Origin: Candidatus Hydrogenedentota bacterium | Lineage (GTDB): Bacteria; Hydrogenedentota; Hydrogenedentia; Hydrogenedentales; JAEUWI01 | Length of the DNA stretch: 64,000 bases | Assembly: GCA_034669905.1 (NCBI GenBank) | Contig: JAXMOL010000012.1 | Span: 1-64,000 of the forward strand | Direction of reading: 5' to 3' | In this document: piece by piece, positions 28,099 to 38,748 of the stretch | How the letters are laid out: each line of letters opens with the position of its first letter | Position numbering within the stretch: the stretch's first letter is position 1 | Made by a program: the position numbers and the translations under genes | Notes under the pieces: generated by a model | Seen by the model: only the letters and a program-made list of their open reading frames with translations | What the model was told of the DNA's origin: nothing | Databases searched by the model: none

Positions 28099-30480
28099 AT
28101 GGTAATGCGAGAAGTTATGAAATCAGGGCTCGTCCTGTTGGCGGTAATGGTCGCGTGGGGAAGTTATGGGGCTGCGCCCCTGGATCTACGCACCACCGTG
28201 CTGGTCGCACCCGTTGATGGTCCAATTGGCAAAGCGGCGGATATGTTGAGCGACGGCGTCTATGAACGCACCGGTATTCGCTGGTATATCCGCGACCCAT
28301 TCGAAGGGGCTACCCGAATCGTGCTCTGTACGGCCGATGGGATACCTGAAGGCGTCTCCCTGCCCGCTGGCTTGGCGGTGCCCGAGAAGGCAGAAGGCTT
28401 TGCCCTGGGGGTGAGCGGAGATACCGTCATGGTAGTAGGCCGCGATCCGCGCGGTGTCCTTTTTGCCGCCGGACGTTTATTGCGGGCCCTCACCCTGCGG
28501 AAGGGTGAAGTAACCCTGGACCGGGAGACGCGAATCGCGACGGCACCGAAGTACCCCATGCGTGTCCATCAGTTGGGCTACCGCAACACGGCCACCAGTT
28601 ACGATTTGTGGGATGTGGACGCCTACGAGCAGTACCTTCGCGAGCTGGCGTTCTTTGGTAGCAGTGGGGTGGAGCTCATCCAGGAGTCCCCTCCGGGTGA
28701 GAAAGACAGCCCCCTCATGGCCGAATCCCAGTGGACGATGAATATGAAGCTCGCGGGACTCCTCGCCGCTTACGACCTGGATGTCTTCATCTGGTATCCC
28801 GTGCCCATCCTGGGGGAAGACCAGGAAAAATACGATAGGGAACTGGGCTATCGGAAACGCTTTTTCGAAGAGATTCCCCGCCTTGACCATCTTTTCGTGC
28901 CCGGTGGCGATCCCGGCGACAATCACCCCGAGGTGCTCATGCCCGCACTCGAGGGCATGGCCACCATGCTGCACAAACGTTTTCCCGAGGCCGGTGTTTT
29001 CGTCTCCAACCAGAAGATGTCGAAAGAACGAAACAAATGGTTCTTCGACTATATACGGAATGAGCAGCCCGAGTGGTTGGGGGGGTACGTCTATGGTCCC
29101 GGCACCAAGCACAGCATCATGGAGGCCCGGGAGTGGATACCTTCCCAGTATCCCATCCGCCGCTACCCCGACATTACCCACAATGTGCGCGCCATGTTTC
29201 CCGTGCCCCACTGGGATGGCCGCCATGCCCAGACCCTCGGTCGGGAGGGTATCAATCCCCGTCCGGGGCACAATCAATTGGCCCACAATGCCTACGCCGA
29301 ATATGCGGTCGGTTTCGGCTCCTACTCCGACGGTATCCACGACGATCTGAATAAGATGGTGTGGAGTGCGCTGGCATGGGACCCCGATGCGGATATTCAT
29401 GCGATTGTGAAGGACTACGGCCGGGTCTTCTTCGGGCCGGATTTGGAAGAGGAGGTTTCCGAAGCCCTCTGGATGTTGCAAGAGAACATGACGGGGGATT
29501 TCCGGACGAATCCATTCGTGCCCAAGGCGCTGAAGGCCTGGCGCGCCATCGGTGAAAAGGCGACGCCCGAAGTACGGCAGAGCTGGCGCTATCAGATGTA
29601 TCTCATGCGCGCAATTTTTGACCACTACGTGCAGGCCCACTATGTGGCCGAGATGGCATACGAGAAAGCAGCCTACGCGGCCTTGGCCAAAGCGCCAACG
29701 TCGGGTGCCGCTCAAGCCATTGAGGCGGCGAAGGAGGCCCTGGCCGAGGCCGACAACGATCGCATCGAAGAAGAGCTCCGGGAAGAGATGGCAGCGCTGG
29801 CCGACGCCATGTTCCATTCCATCGGCTTTCAGTTCAGCGTGAAGGCCCCTTATTTCACCCGCAATCCGGAGCGGGGTGCCCTGCTCGACAAGCTCGACAT
29901 GCCGATGAATGACCGGCCCTGGCTGGAGTTTCAATTTGAGCGCGCCCTGGCGATGGAGCAGGAGTCGGAACGCCTGGCCCACCTGGACGCGTTGGTTAAT
30001 TGGGAAGACCCCGGTCCCGGTGGCTTCTATGATAACCTGGGCAACCCGCAAAAGCAGCCCCACCTGGACATGCTCTCCACCTACGAAGAAAATCCGAGTC
30101 GCATTGGCCGCGTTACCGAAGGCCGCTATCGCTGGCTGGACAATGGCACGCTGAAAGTTGATCCCAGGTATCGCTACTCCATGCTCGACCATGCACAGAC
30201 CCTCCATGGCGCCCCCCTGACGATGCGCTACCGTGGTCTGGACAAGAATGCGGAGTACAAGATTAAGGTCATCGAGTTCGGCCGTTTTCGTCCGACCCTC
30301 GACTTGACCGCCGACGGGGAATACGTTATCCACGGACCCCATCGCTCGGAGGAGCCCTTGTGGCCCCAGGAATACGACATTCCCAAAGCGGCCACGGCGG
30401 ATGGGGAACTTGAATTGACCTGGGGACTCGTCGAAGGTCGGGGCACCCAGGTGGCCGAAGTCTGGCTTATAAAGAAGTAG
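28099..30480 (+). CDS. Large secreted hypothetical protein with a GH20/GH67-like N-terminal domain
   Basis: Signal peptide; EGFAL...VVGRDPRGVLFAAGRLLR; start codon uncertain (28099, 28105 or 28117). Confidence 0.75.
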   Translation: MVMREVMKSGLVLLAVMVAWGSYGAAPLDLRTTVLVAPVDGPIGKAADMLSDGVYERTGIRWYIRDPFEGATRIVLCTADGIPEGVSLPAGLAVPEKAEGFALGVSGDTVMVVGRDPRGVLFAAGRLLRALTLRKGEVTLDRETRIATAPKYPMRVHQLGYRNTATSYDLWDVDAYEQYLRELAFFGSSGVELIQESPPGEKDSPLMAESQWTMNMKLAGLLAAYDLDVFIWYPVPILGEDQEKYDRELGYRKRFFEEIPRLDHLFVPGGDPGDNHPEVLMPALEGMATMLHKRFPEAGVFVSNQKMSKERNKWFFDYIRNEQPEWLGGYVYGPGTKHSIMEAREWIPSQYPIRRYPDITHNVRAMFPVPHWDGRHAQTLGREGINPRPGHNQLAHNAYAEYAVGFGSYSDGIHDDLNKMVWSALAWDPDADIHAIVKDYGRVFFGPDLEEEVSEALWMLQENMTGDFRTNPFVPKALKAWRAIGEKATPEVRQSWRYQMYLMRAIFDHYVQAHYVAEMAYEKAAYAALAKAPTSGAAQAIEAAKEALAEADNDRIEEELREEMAALADAMFHSIGFQFSVKAPYFTRNPERGALLDKLDMPMNDRPWLEFQFERALAMEQESERLAHLDALVNWEDPGPGGFYDNLGNPQKQPHLDMLSTYEENPSRIGRVTEGRYRWLDNGTLKVDPRYRYSMLDHAQTLHGAPLTMRYRGLDKNAEYKIKVIEFGRFRPTLDLTADGEYVIHGPHRSEEPLWPQEYDIPKAATADGELELTWGLVEGRGTQVAEVWLIKK

Positions 30481-30518
30481 GTGATTCGGGAAATGCCCTG
30501 AATAGCACGCATGAAAAC

Positions 30519-30556
30519 AAAAACCGCGCCCTCGCAAATGACAGGGCGCGGTTTTT
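30519..30556. terminator. Bidirectional intrinsic terminator
   Basis: AAAAACCGCGCCCT...AGGGCGCGGTTTTT between convergent genes. Confidence 0.85.
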
Positions 30557-30581
30557 AAATAGGTTAGTGGGGAGGGGGTGT

Positions 30582-30995
30582 TTAGAGGCCCCCGTCGCCG
30601 AATGAAATATCACGACGGGACGTCGAAATCGTAATGGTGAAGCCTGCGATGACATCCAGCAAGGACATGAGTGCCAGGATCATAAAGGTGGCCGTGCCGG
30701 CACCCGCGACGACGATGTATTCGATCAGGAAGATGATGAAGACCACCAGCGAGAGGGCGTGGTCTACGATGGTTGCTTTGGAAGCGCGGGTCGCCTTCAG
30801 GATTTCGAAGTAGAGAAAGAGGATGCCCAGTATGACGAGGATATCGCCCATCTTCAGGTGCATGGCATCATCGTTGGCCATGAGGGGAATACGGATGATG
30901 TCGGGGTTGGTCTGGAGAGAGTCACCCGAAATCATCAGAATGTTGTAGGCAATCAGGGGGATGGCGAACATGGGGAAATAGAGGAGGTATTTCAT
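30582..30995 (-). CDS. Hypothetical 4-TM membrane protein
   Basis: Hydrophobic helices with EILKATR, DHALS, LDVIAGF and RRD motifs. Confidence 0.8.
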   Translation of the reverse strand: MKYLLYFPMFAIPLIAYNILMISGDSLQTNPDIIRIPLMANDDAMHLKMGDILVILGILFLYFEILKATRASKATIVDHALSLVVFIIFLIEYIVVAGAGTATFMILALMSLLDVIAGFTITISTSRRDISFGDGGL

Positions 30996-31282
30996 CAAAT
31001 GGGATACTTTCCATTGTTGGTAAATCAGGCTGCAATACGGTGGAATAGGGACCAGCTTGCCGGTCAGGCACCATTAGAACAAAGATCGGGGCGCGAAGCA
31101 AGGCGCATCGAAGAGCGTGGGCGATAGATTCTGTAGCCCGTGGAGCCCCAGGGAAGGGCGGCGGGCCTGCAACGGGAGCGGGACTTCGCTATGGTTAATT
31201 GTTGACAGTTTCGCGTGCAGTGTAAGCCAGCCCTTCCCGTTGGTGACTCCTGCCAACTTGATGTACCGGAAGGAAACTCTAT

Positions 31283-32173
31283 ATGTCGGATTATGCAAAG
31301 ACCTGGGGTGATGAGTTTAATAAGTGTGTGCAGCCCCTGCAGGGCAAAGGGAGTCCGCGCACGGCGGAGACGATTACCGTGGCCAAAGGTTCTGCGCCCC
31401 TTCTCAAGGCGTTGATCGCGGTGGATAAACTCGATCCCGCGGTGATGAAGACGGGGAAGGAGCGGGAGAAGGTGCACAAGGCGCTGGGCAAAGAGGTCAA
31501 GAGTTTCAAGTCCGAAGCCGCGAAGTATGGAAAGCTTATCGATGCGGCTATCAAGAAGACCAGCAAGGATGAGAAAGACGCCTATCGCGCCCTGAAAAAA
31601 CTCAAGGCCCACCTCGACAATGTGGATGCCATGATTGAGCACCACTGGACCAGCAGCAGTAAGGCGCTCGACAAGGCCAATCAGAAGGCCGGTGAGCGAA
31701 TCGATAAAGAGCGGGACGCGGCCTACAAGGCGGGCAAGTCGGACAAAGAAGCAAATGAAGACACGGACTACGCCAAGCAGCTGCGTTCCCTGGTCCAATT
31801 CCCCACGGCGGTAAAGGCGGCCTACACCAAGGCCAAGTCGGCCGTGCAGTCCATCAAATCCGACCCCACGGCGGCGACCGATAACCGAGAGATGAACTCA
31901 GGCGGCCGCAATTACACCCAGCAGGTTTCCAACCTCATCAAGCTGAGCAAAGATTCGAAATGTCCCCCCAAGGTCAAAGAAGTGCTCAAGGGGATTGAAA
32001 AGTACAAGTCTGCATTGGATGCCTACGGTAATGGCGACCGTCGTCGTATTCCCGACGACACCTCGGAGAAAGACGTTATCGCCTATCTCAAGACCTTTGC
32101 ACGCCTCTTAAAAGAGACCTATCCCTATGCCGAAGATATGATGGCCTATCTCAAAAAACACAAGATAAAATAG
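31283..32173 (+). CDS. Hypothetical Lys-rich helical protein
   Basis: 296-aa ORF with RBS AAGGA, typical codon usage, followed by a terminator. Confidence 0.8.
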   Translation: MSDYAKTWGDEFNKCVQPLQGKGSPRTAETITVAKGSAPLLKALIAVDKLDPAVMKTGKEREKVHKALGKEVKSFKSEAAKYGKLIDAAIKKTSKDEKDAYRALKKLKAHLDNVDAMIEHHWTSSSKALDKANQKAGERIDKERDAAYKAGKSDKEANEDTDYAKQLRSLVQFPTAVKAAYTKAKSAVQSIKSDPTAATDNREMNSGGRNYTQQVSNLIKLSKDSKCPPKVKEVLKGIEKYKSALDAYGNGDRRRIPDDTSEKDVIAYLKTFARLLKETYPYAEDMMAYLKKHKIK

Positions 32174-32197
32174 CGCTGTATCGACCGGAGTAAATCA

Positions 32198-32231
32198 GGT
32201 GCCGTCAAACTGCTTTGACGGTGCCTTTTTT
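32198..32231 (+). terminator. Intrinsic terminator
   Basis: GCCGTCAAA-CTGC-TTTGACGGT stem followed by CCTTTTTT. Confidence 0.75.
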
Positions 32232-32444
32232 CGTGGCAGGGAGGGTGACCTACTCTTGTCAAAGGGACGTTCTGCCGCAGGGGGTAGAAGGTAAGACGGT
32301 TGTCGTCGGGCCTTTCGTGGAATCTGGGTTAACCAGGTACGCTTCAGGGCGGCAGCATGTCCCGGTGGGCCAAGGGTCGGGGACGGAGTTTCACCACGAC
32401 GTCTCGTGATGGATTCATTGAGTTAGCGCGTCTACAGCCCTGGC

Positions 32445-33400
32445 GTGCCTATGGAGCGCCGTCGGCCCGACGGCATGGGTGCCTTTGGCACCGGACTGCG
32501 ATGGGCGGTAACCAGGGCTCTTGTTCCGGAAGATGGGGCGGATGAGGCCCACGGAAATCGTGGCGTACTACCGGTACAGTCCCGAACTTCGTCTGGGACG
32601 AAGTCGAGGACAGTCCCACCACAGGGACTGCCTCCGCGCTGAAAGCCACGTGGGGTAGCGTGTGGACGGAGGTGTAACGGCCCATGAAGCGGATGAACGG
32701 CACGCGTTGATGCGCGAGGCTGTCCCGGCAGTATGGGGAGACGGGGTGTTGGGGAGGCTTTACGTCATCAATGACGGGACACGGCAGTCTCTACGAAATC
32801 TGCTGTCGTCACCGCAGACAGGAATGTCTGCGTCCCTGGGGTGTTTCCATCACCATTCTCTTGTGTCTCCACAGCGTGGGCTTGTCTACGGCCACCGGGA
32901 CAGGAACGCGCGTTGGCGTGACGCGTGTAATGCGTAGTGGCCGGGATGGCGCGACGCTGTCGTGAAATACCTGCGTTATACGGGCGCGATACCGTCCCTC
33001 GCGTGCCTATGGAGCGCCGTCGGCCCGACGGCATCAGTGCCAAAGGCACCGGATCGCGATGGGCGGTAATCGAAGTCATCTCGCGCATCCCTACGCTTAT
33101 CGCAGACGGGAATGTCTGCGCCCTTGGGGTGTTTCCATCAGGCTGGTTGCGCGTACACGTTGCAGCCTGCCGTCGTGGCGTACTGCCGGTACAGTCCCGA
33201 ACTTCGCCCACCACGGCGCGTCTACGATCCGGGACGAAGTCGAGGACAGTCCCACCACCGGGACAGGAGCGCGCGTCAGAATGACGTGTGTCAGGGCGGA
33301 GTGGCTGGTATAGGGCGATGCTTTCGTGAATATACTCGGGTGTTTTGGCGCGATACCGTCCCATACGTGCACCTATGGAGCGCCGTCGGGCCCTGCATCC
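32445..33400. repeat. Mosaic REP-like intergenic repeat cluster, copy 2
   Basis: Shuffled modules: CCTATGGAGCGCCGTCGG x3, GTACAGTCCCGAACTTCG x2, GCAGACRGGAATGTCTGC x2, ACCGGGACAGGARCGCGCG x2; shared with 1-460. Confidence 0.88.
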
Positions 33401-33611
33401 GATGGCGCTCGAAGCGCATCTATCCCTTTGCCGGGGGTGCGTTCGTCGATTCTGGGGCGATTCTGAGCGTCGATTTTCCCCATCGAGGCCCCTGGAACGA
33501 CTTCCCTGCCGGTGTCACCGCTTAACGTACATCGCGCCACCAATCCGCCAACTGCTATAATCACCCAACTTTTCCGGGGACTTCTATCACAAACCATAGA
33601 GGATTGGGCGT

Positions 33612-34766
33612 TTGAACGGACAGGCAGTACATTTTGGTGCCGGTAATATCGGTCGTGGTTTCATTGGACAACTCTATTGGGAGTCGGGCTTTCGCACGAC
33701 CTTTATCGACGTCAACGAGACGGTCGTCGGGCTCTTGCAGTCCCGGGGGAGTTATCCCATCCATCTGGTCTCGGAAACGACGGAAGTGATTCCTGTGGAT
33801 AACGTGACGGCCATCCATGGCGGCGATGTGGAAGCCGTGGCCGACGCCCTGGCGGTGGCGACGATTGCTTCGACGGCGGTGGGTTCCCAGATTCTGCCCC
33901 GAATCGCGCCCGCGATTGCACGGGGTATTGAGAAACGCTTTGCCCAGGCCGACGCGGCCCCCCTCAACATCATCATCTGCGAGAATCTGCTCCGGGGTGA
34001 TGCGGTCCTTCGGGAGGCGGTGCGCAGTCACCTGGCGCCCGAGTGGCACGAGACCCTGGACGGGAAGGTGGGCTTCGTGGAAGCGTCCATCGGCCGCATG
34101 GTGCCCCGTATGACCGAGGCCCAGCTGGCCCAAGACCCCTTGCTCGTCTGTGTGGAACCCTATTGTGAGTTGCCCCTCGCCGGGGACAGTTTCAAGGGGG
34201 AGATGCCGCCCATCAAGCATGCCAAGCCCTATTCCAATTTCGGGGCCTACGTGGAGCGGAAGATCTTTGTCCACAATATGAGTCACGCGGCTACGGCCTA
34301 TCTGGGCTATCTCCAGGGCCACACCTACATCTATGAAGCGATACAGGACCCCAAGGTGCGTCCTGTGGTGGAGGCGGCGCTGGAGGAAAGCTGTCTGGGC
34401 TTGTCCCGGAAGCATGGGCTCGATAAGGCGGCCTTGGATGCCTTTGCGACGGACCTGATCCACCGCTATCAGAACAAGGCCTTGGCCGATCAGGTGGCCC
34501 GCGTGGGCGGCGATCTCAAGCGCAAGTTGGGTCCCAATGACCGGCTGATTGCCACGGCCAACATGTGCCTCGCGCAGGATGTGACGCCGACGGCCCTGGT
34601 GGAAGTGATTGGGGCGGCCCTGCGTTTCGACGCACCGGACGACGTGACGGCGCCCGAGGTGATGGCCCTGTTGGCCGCATCGGGTGTGGCGGCGGTGCTG
34701 GAGCAGATTTGTGAATTGCCGCCTGGTAACGCACTCCGGGAACTCATCGAGTCCTCCCTTCAGTAG
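33612..34766 (+). CDS. mtlD: Mannitol-1-phosphate 5-dehydrogenase-like (mannitol dehydrogenase family)
   Basis: AVHFGAGNIGRGFIG, CENL, GRMVP, ERKIFVHNMSHA, RKLGPNDRL. Confidence 0.85.
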   Translation: MNGQAVHFGAGNIGRGFIGQLYWESGFRTTFIDVNETVVGLLQSRGSYPIHLVSETTEVIPVDNVTAIHGGDVEAVADALAVATIASTAVGSQILPRIAPAIARGIEKRFAQADAAPLNIIICENLLRGDAVLREAVRSHLAPEWHETLDGKVGFVEASIGRMVPRMTEAQLAQDPLLVCVEPYCELPLAGDSFKGEMPPIKHAKPYSNFGAYVERKIFVHNMSHAATAYLGYLQGHTYIYEAIQDPKVRPVVEAALEESCLGLSRKHGLDKAALDAFATDLIHRYQNKALADQVARVGGDLKRKLGPNDRLIATANMCLAQDVTPTALVEVIGAALRFDAPDDVTAPEVMALLAASGVAAVLEQICELPPGNALRELIESSLQ

Positions 34767-34819
34767 CCATCACAAACAACAAAGAACCAAATCAAACAGC
34801 AATAAAAAGAAAGAAACCG

Positions 34820-36220
34820 ATGAAAAAATATGATGTTGCAGTAATTGGAACAGGGCCTGGTGGCTATGTAGCGGCGGTACGGGCTTCCCAGCGCGGCGCA
34901 AGCGTGGTGGTGATAGAAAAGAACGATATCGGCGGCGTTTGTCTTAATGTTGGGTGTATACCGACAAAAACACTCATATACTCCGCTGAAATGTACCGCA
35001 AGATGCAGCATGCCTCCGAGTACGGGCTCAAGGCGGAATCGGTCGGTTTTGATATGGCCGCCATGGTCGCCCGGAAGAACAAGGTCATCGGAATGAACAC
35101 CGGTGGGATCGCCGCCCTCTTCAAGGGCCACGGCATCGACGTCATCCAAGGGGAGGCCACCATCCTCGCACCGGGTACCATCGCCGTGGGAGACGAGACC
35201 GTTGAAGCGACCTCCATCATCATCGCGACGGGGGGACGTCCCGCCCAGCTCCCGGGCCTTGAGTTCAACGGCAAGACGGTGATTGGCAGCACGGACGCCC
35301 TGGAGCTGACCGAGCTTCCGGAGCGCATCGGGGTCATCGGGGCGGGAGCCATTGGCGCGGAGTTTGCCTGTATCTGGAATGCCCTTGGTGCCAAGGTGAC
35401 GCTCATTGAGTTTATGCCCCACGTGTTGCCGCGAGAAGATGCCGACCTGAGTAAGCGTCTGGCCGCCGGGTTGAAGAAAAAGGGCATCGATATCCGCACC
35501 GGTACCAAGGTGTCGGAACTGACCCACACGGATGGGGGTGTTCGTTTGACCCTGGAAGGCGACAAGGCCGGCGAAGTCGACGTGGATCTGGTCCTGGTCG
35601 GTATCGGACTGGAGTGTAACTCCGAAGTCGTCACCCAAACGCCGGGGCTGGGCGTTAAGGTAGGGGCCCGCGGGGGCATCGAAGTGGATGAACGAATGGA
35701 AACCGCTGTGCCCGGCATCTATGCCATCGGCGATGTGACCAACAAGACCTGGCTGGCCCACGGCGCGTCGGCGGAAGGTATCGTTGCCGCCACGAATGCA
35801 ACGGGTGGTAACCGACATATGGACTATCGCGTGGTTCCTTCCTGCACGTTCACGTCACCGGAAGTGGCAAGCGTGGGATTAACGGAAACCCAGGCGAAGG
35901 AATCGGGATATAACGTGAAGACCGGCAGCTTCCTCTTTTCCGGAAACGGCCGTGCCCACGCGATTGGCGAGACCGAAGGCCTGGTCAAGATCGTGGGTGA
36001 TGCCGCGACCGATGAGATTCTCGGGGTCCACATCATGGGCTGTGAGGCCGGTGAGATGATTGCAGCCGGGGCCATGGCCATGTCGCTCGAGGCCACGGTG
36101 GAAGAGATGGCCCACACCATCCATACGCACCCGACCCTTTCGGAAGCGATGATGGAGGCCGCCGAAGACTATTATGGAATCGGAATTCACACGCGACCCA
36201 AGCCGAAGCGCAAGAAGTAA
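34820..36220 (+). CDS. lpdA: Dihydrolipoamide dehydrogenase
   Basis: GTGPGGY, GGVCLNVGCIP, GAGAIG, HTHPTLSE. Confidence 0.95.
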   Translation: MKKYDVAVIGTGPGGYVAAVRASQRGASVVVIEKNDIGGVCLNVGCIPTKTLIYSAEMYRKMQHASEYGLKAESVGFDMAAMVARKNKVIGMNTGGIAALFKGHGIDVIQGEATILAPGTIAVGDETVEATSIIIATGGRPAQLPGLEFNGKTVIGSTDALELTELPERIGVIGAGAIGAEFACIWNALGAKVTLIEFMPHVLPREDADLSKRLAAGLKKKGIDIRTGTKVSELTHTDGGVRLTLEGDKAGEVDVDLVLVGIGLECNSEVVTQTPGLGVKVGARGGIEVDERMETAVPGIYAIGDVTNKTWLAHGASAEGIVAATNATGGNRHMDYRVVPSCTFTSPEVASVGLTETQAKESGYNVKTGSFLFSGNGRAHAIGETEGLVKIVGDAATDEILGVHIMGCEAGEMIAAGAMAMSLEATVEEMAHTIHTHPTLSEAMMEAAEDYYGIGIHTRPKPKRKK

Positions 36221-36364
36221 GCGTTGTATCTGAATACTTCCTGTTTTTGGCGGTCGGAGTGTTTCTCCGGCTGAATACGATAGATTTGTTATAGTGTACC
36301 CGGGCGTGGTGACCGTCACCACGCCCGTCAGATTTTGGGTGTGCCCGGCGGGCAGGAGTTGAGT

Positions 36365-38611
36365 ATGAGAGCTACATGGGGTCATCGTGTAAAGGACAAT
36401 GGAATTTGTCTGGCCCTATTGCTGCTCTTTCCCCTGGCGGTTTACATGCCGCCCTGGATTCAGGGAGAGGTTCCGCTGGAGACGGGTTCGCTTCTGGCCA
36501 TGCCGCCCTGGGCCGCTCACACCCCCGCGGAGCCCGCCGTTTCCACGCCACTCTCCGCGTGGCAGGCCGGGACCGTATGGCCCAGCTATGCGTTCCTCAA
36601 TGGGAACCGGGACTCGCTGGGGGCGCTCCAGTGGAACCCCGCCGTGGGCTTGGGGGAACCCTTTATAGCCAATCCTTACAATCGGGCGTTCTCGCCGTTT
36701 TCTATCTGGTTTTATTTGTTTGGATTCGGAAATGCGCTATTTCTATCGCTCCTTTCCAAGAGTCTTGCGGCCGGATGGATTAGCTATTATGTCGCACGGC
36801 GTTATGGATTTACTCCGTGGTTTGGGCTCATCGTGGCGCTCATTTTCCAATGGAGTGGTCCGCTGGTCATCTGGCAACTCGAGCCGCTCAGCGACAGCCT
36901 GGTCTGGTTGCCCCTCTTGCTGCTGGCGACGGACCGGCTGATTCTGGGTCACTTCCGTTCCTGGCCCGGGGTGGCACTGGTTGTGGCCGCCATGGTACTC
37001 AGTGGTGGCTTGCATATGCTTGCGGGCTCGCTGGTGTGTATGGCGCTGTATATGTTTCTCCGGCGTTTGCGGGATCACAAGCGGGCACACATCGGCGGGG
37101 CCATACCGGGCTATGCGCTTGGTGTTGTTGCGGGCTTTGGGTTGGCCGCGGTTCAGCTGCTTCCCTACCTGGAACTGCTTCGTGAGGGCAATGCCATCGA
37201 TCACACGTACCCGTGGATTTTTGACAGCAGCCTGCTGCTGGGGTTATTCGGCCCCAGCTATTACCACCACATCGGCGGGGGCGACAACCCGCTGATTCAC
37301 GTGGTTTACATCGGGGTAGTTCCCTTGCTATTCGTTGGTTTCTGGGGCGCGTTACGCCGACTGGTGGAGCGGCCCTTACGTCACCGCATCGAGAGTTTGC
37401 TGTTTGCGTCGCTTTTGGTCGGCGCGGTACCGGTGGTGTTGCAGGGACTCCTTCCGAATATCCACGCCCTTCGCTTTCTTCACCCGGTGCACTACCTGGC
37501 GGGCTTGTCTTTTCCCCTGGCCCTCATGGTCGCCGCCGTGGTGGAAACGTGGCTTCACCTGAACGCCGATCAGTGCAAACGTGCCTTGCTCCGTATGGGG
37601 ATTCAACTCCCGCTGTTTTGGGGTGGGCTCTTGGGGGTATTTGTTGTTTTCGCGTGGAAGCAGTCTGAAACTGAAGGGTTCCCATGGAGTTCCTTCTGGT
37701 GCTTTACCGTCACGTCGCTTACCTTGCTGGTACTTTTCGGGGCAACGATTTTATACCCGCGGGCCCGAATTCTCGTAGCGGGGACCATCACGCTGTTGGT
37801 CTTGACGACGGCGTGGGGTACCTTGCCCTGGATCCCCCGTGCTCCTCAGGCGGATATCTTTCCACAAACCGACGTAATCCGCACCCTGCAGGAATCGGAT
37901 TCCCGCGTGGGGGGCACGCCCCGGATGGCCACCTGGCCGCTTCATGGCAACCAGATTCCCGCACTCTATGCGCCGTCGACCGTCATGCTCAATCGGACGG
38001 AGGCCTATCTTGCGCAAACCAGTGCGTATCCCTTGCTCCAGCGGCGGGCAGGTATTGGCACGCTGCTGCTTCAGAAAGAAGACATCCAAGGGGCCTACGC
38101 GCCGGTCCGCCATGATCTCAACATTGTAGACATCTTCGACTCGGGGCTTATCCTGTTTCGAGACCAGGGTGCTGAGCCCCGTATCCGAATCGCCCATGAG
38201 GTAGAAAGTGCCTCTACGGCCACGTTGGATTTGCAGGCCTCGTCGCTCCCCATCGTGCCGGGGGTATTGTTGCCGCCCGTGTCCGGCGTGATCAGCGACA
38301 CCATACGGATGAGCGATGTGCCTCGGAATAATCGCCTGGAGCTGGAGGTGGAGACCAACTTTCCCGGGGTCCTGATCGTTGCGGAGGCGTGGTATCCCGG
38401 CTGGCAAGCCCAGGTAGACGGAAACGTGGTTCCAATCCTACCCGTCGATGGTGTATTTCGTGGGGTGGAATTAGGGGCCGGGACCCACGAGGTTCGCTTC
38501 ACCTATCATGCCTCATCCTTGCGTTGGGGGGCACTTATCTCGTTGCTATGCCTGGGTTTATTCCTCACGGGGGCCTATATCGGGCGCCGTAGATCCCGGA
38601 CGGGATACTGA
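36365..38611 (+). CDS. YfhO-family polytopic membrane protein (GT-C-like)
   Basis: WNPAVGLGEPF; many TM helices; C-terminal EAWYPGWQAQVDG...FRGVELGAGTHEVRFTY; start uncertain. Confidence 0.82.
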   Translation: MRATWGHRVKDNGICLALLLLFPLAVYMPPWIQGEVPLETGSLLAMPPWAAHTPAEPAVSTPLSAWQAGTVWPSYAFLNGNRDSLGALQWNPAVGLGEPFIANPYNRAFSPFSIWFYLFGFGNALFLSLLSKSLAAGWISYYVARRYGFTPWFGLIVALIFQWSGPLVIWQLEPLSDSLVWLPLLLLATDRLILGHFRSWPGVALVVAAMVLSGGLHMLAGSLVCMALYMFLRRLRDHKRAHIGGAIPGYALGVVAGFGLAAVQLLPYLELLREGNAIDHTYPWIFDSSLLLGLFGPSYYHHIGGGDNPLIHVVYIGVVPLLFVGFWGALRRLVERPLRHRIESLLFASLLVGAVPVVLQGLLPNIHALRFLHPVHYLAGLSFPLALMVAAVVETWLHLNADQCKRALLRMGIQLPLFWGGLLGVFVVFAWKQSETEGFPWSSFWCFTVTSLTLLVLFGATILYPRARILVAGTITLLVLTTAWGTLPWIPRAPQADIFPQTDVIRTLQESDSRVGGTPRMATWPLHGNQIPALYAPSTVMLNRTEAYLAQTSAYPLLQRRAGIGTLLLQKEDIQGAYAPVRHDLNIVDIFDSGLILFRDQGAEPRIRIAHEVESASTATLDLQASSLPIVPGVLLPPVSGVISDTIRMSDVPRNNRLELEVETNFPGVLIVAEAWYPGWQAQVDGNVVPILPVDGVFRGVELGAGTHEVRFTYHASSLRWGALISLLCLGLFLTGAYIGRRRSRTGY

Positions 38612-38663
38612 TCCGGGAAGGGTATCACGGCCCCGGCCCGCCCATCCTGCCCAAAGATAATGC

Positions 38664-38691
38664 TCAAGTATTTGTACCTATCCGCCGATAG
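38664..38691 (+). promoter_or_regulatory. Sigma-28 promoter upstream of the DUF5610-like gene
   Basis: TCAA-N16-GCCGATAG, the same spacing as the fliD promoter. Confidence 0.65.
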
Positions 38692-38748
38692 AATGAGGAA
38701 AGCGACGGATAGATGACACCGGGATGGTGTCGGATGCGAGGTGACACT

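Noticed and set aside
28477..30537. Long antisense ORFs (686 aa here; also 3831-5528, 11263-12960, 21567-22709)
   Set aside because: Shadow ORFs opposite well-supported genes, expected with high GC3; no recognisable motifs.
32445..33400. CRISPR array or coding ORFs in the repeat clusters (also 1-460)
   Set aside because: Repeats are irregularly spaced, the intervening DNA is itself repeated, and there are no cas genes. The ORFs are short, overlap in all frames and lack motifs.
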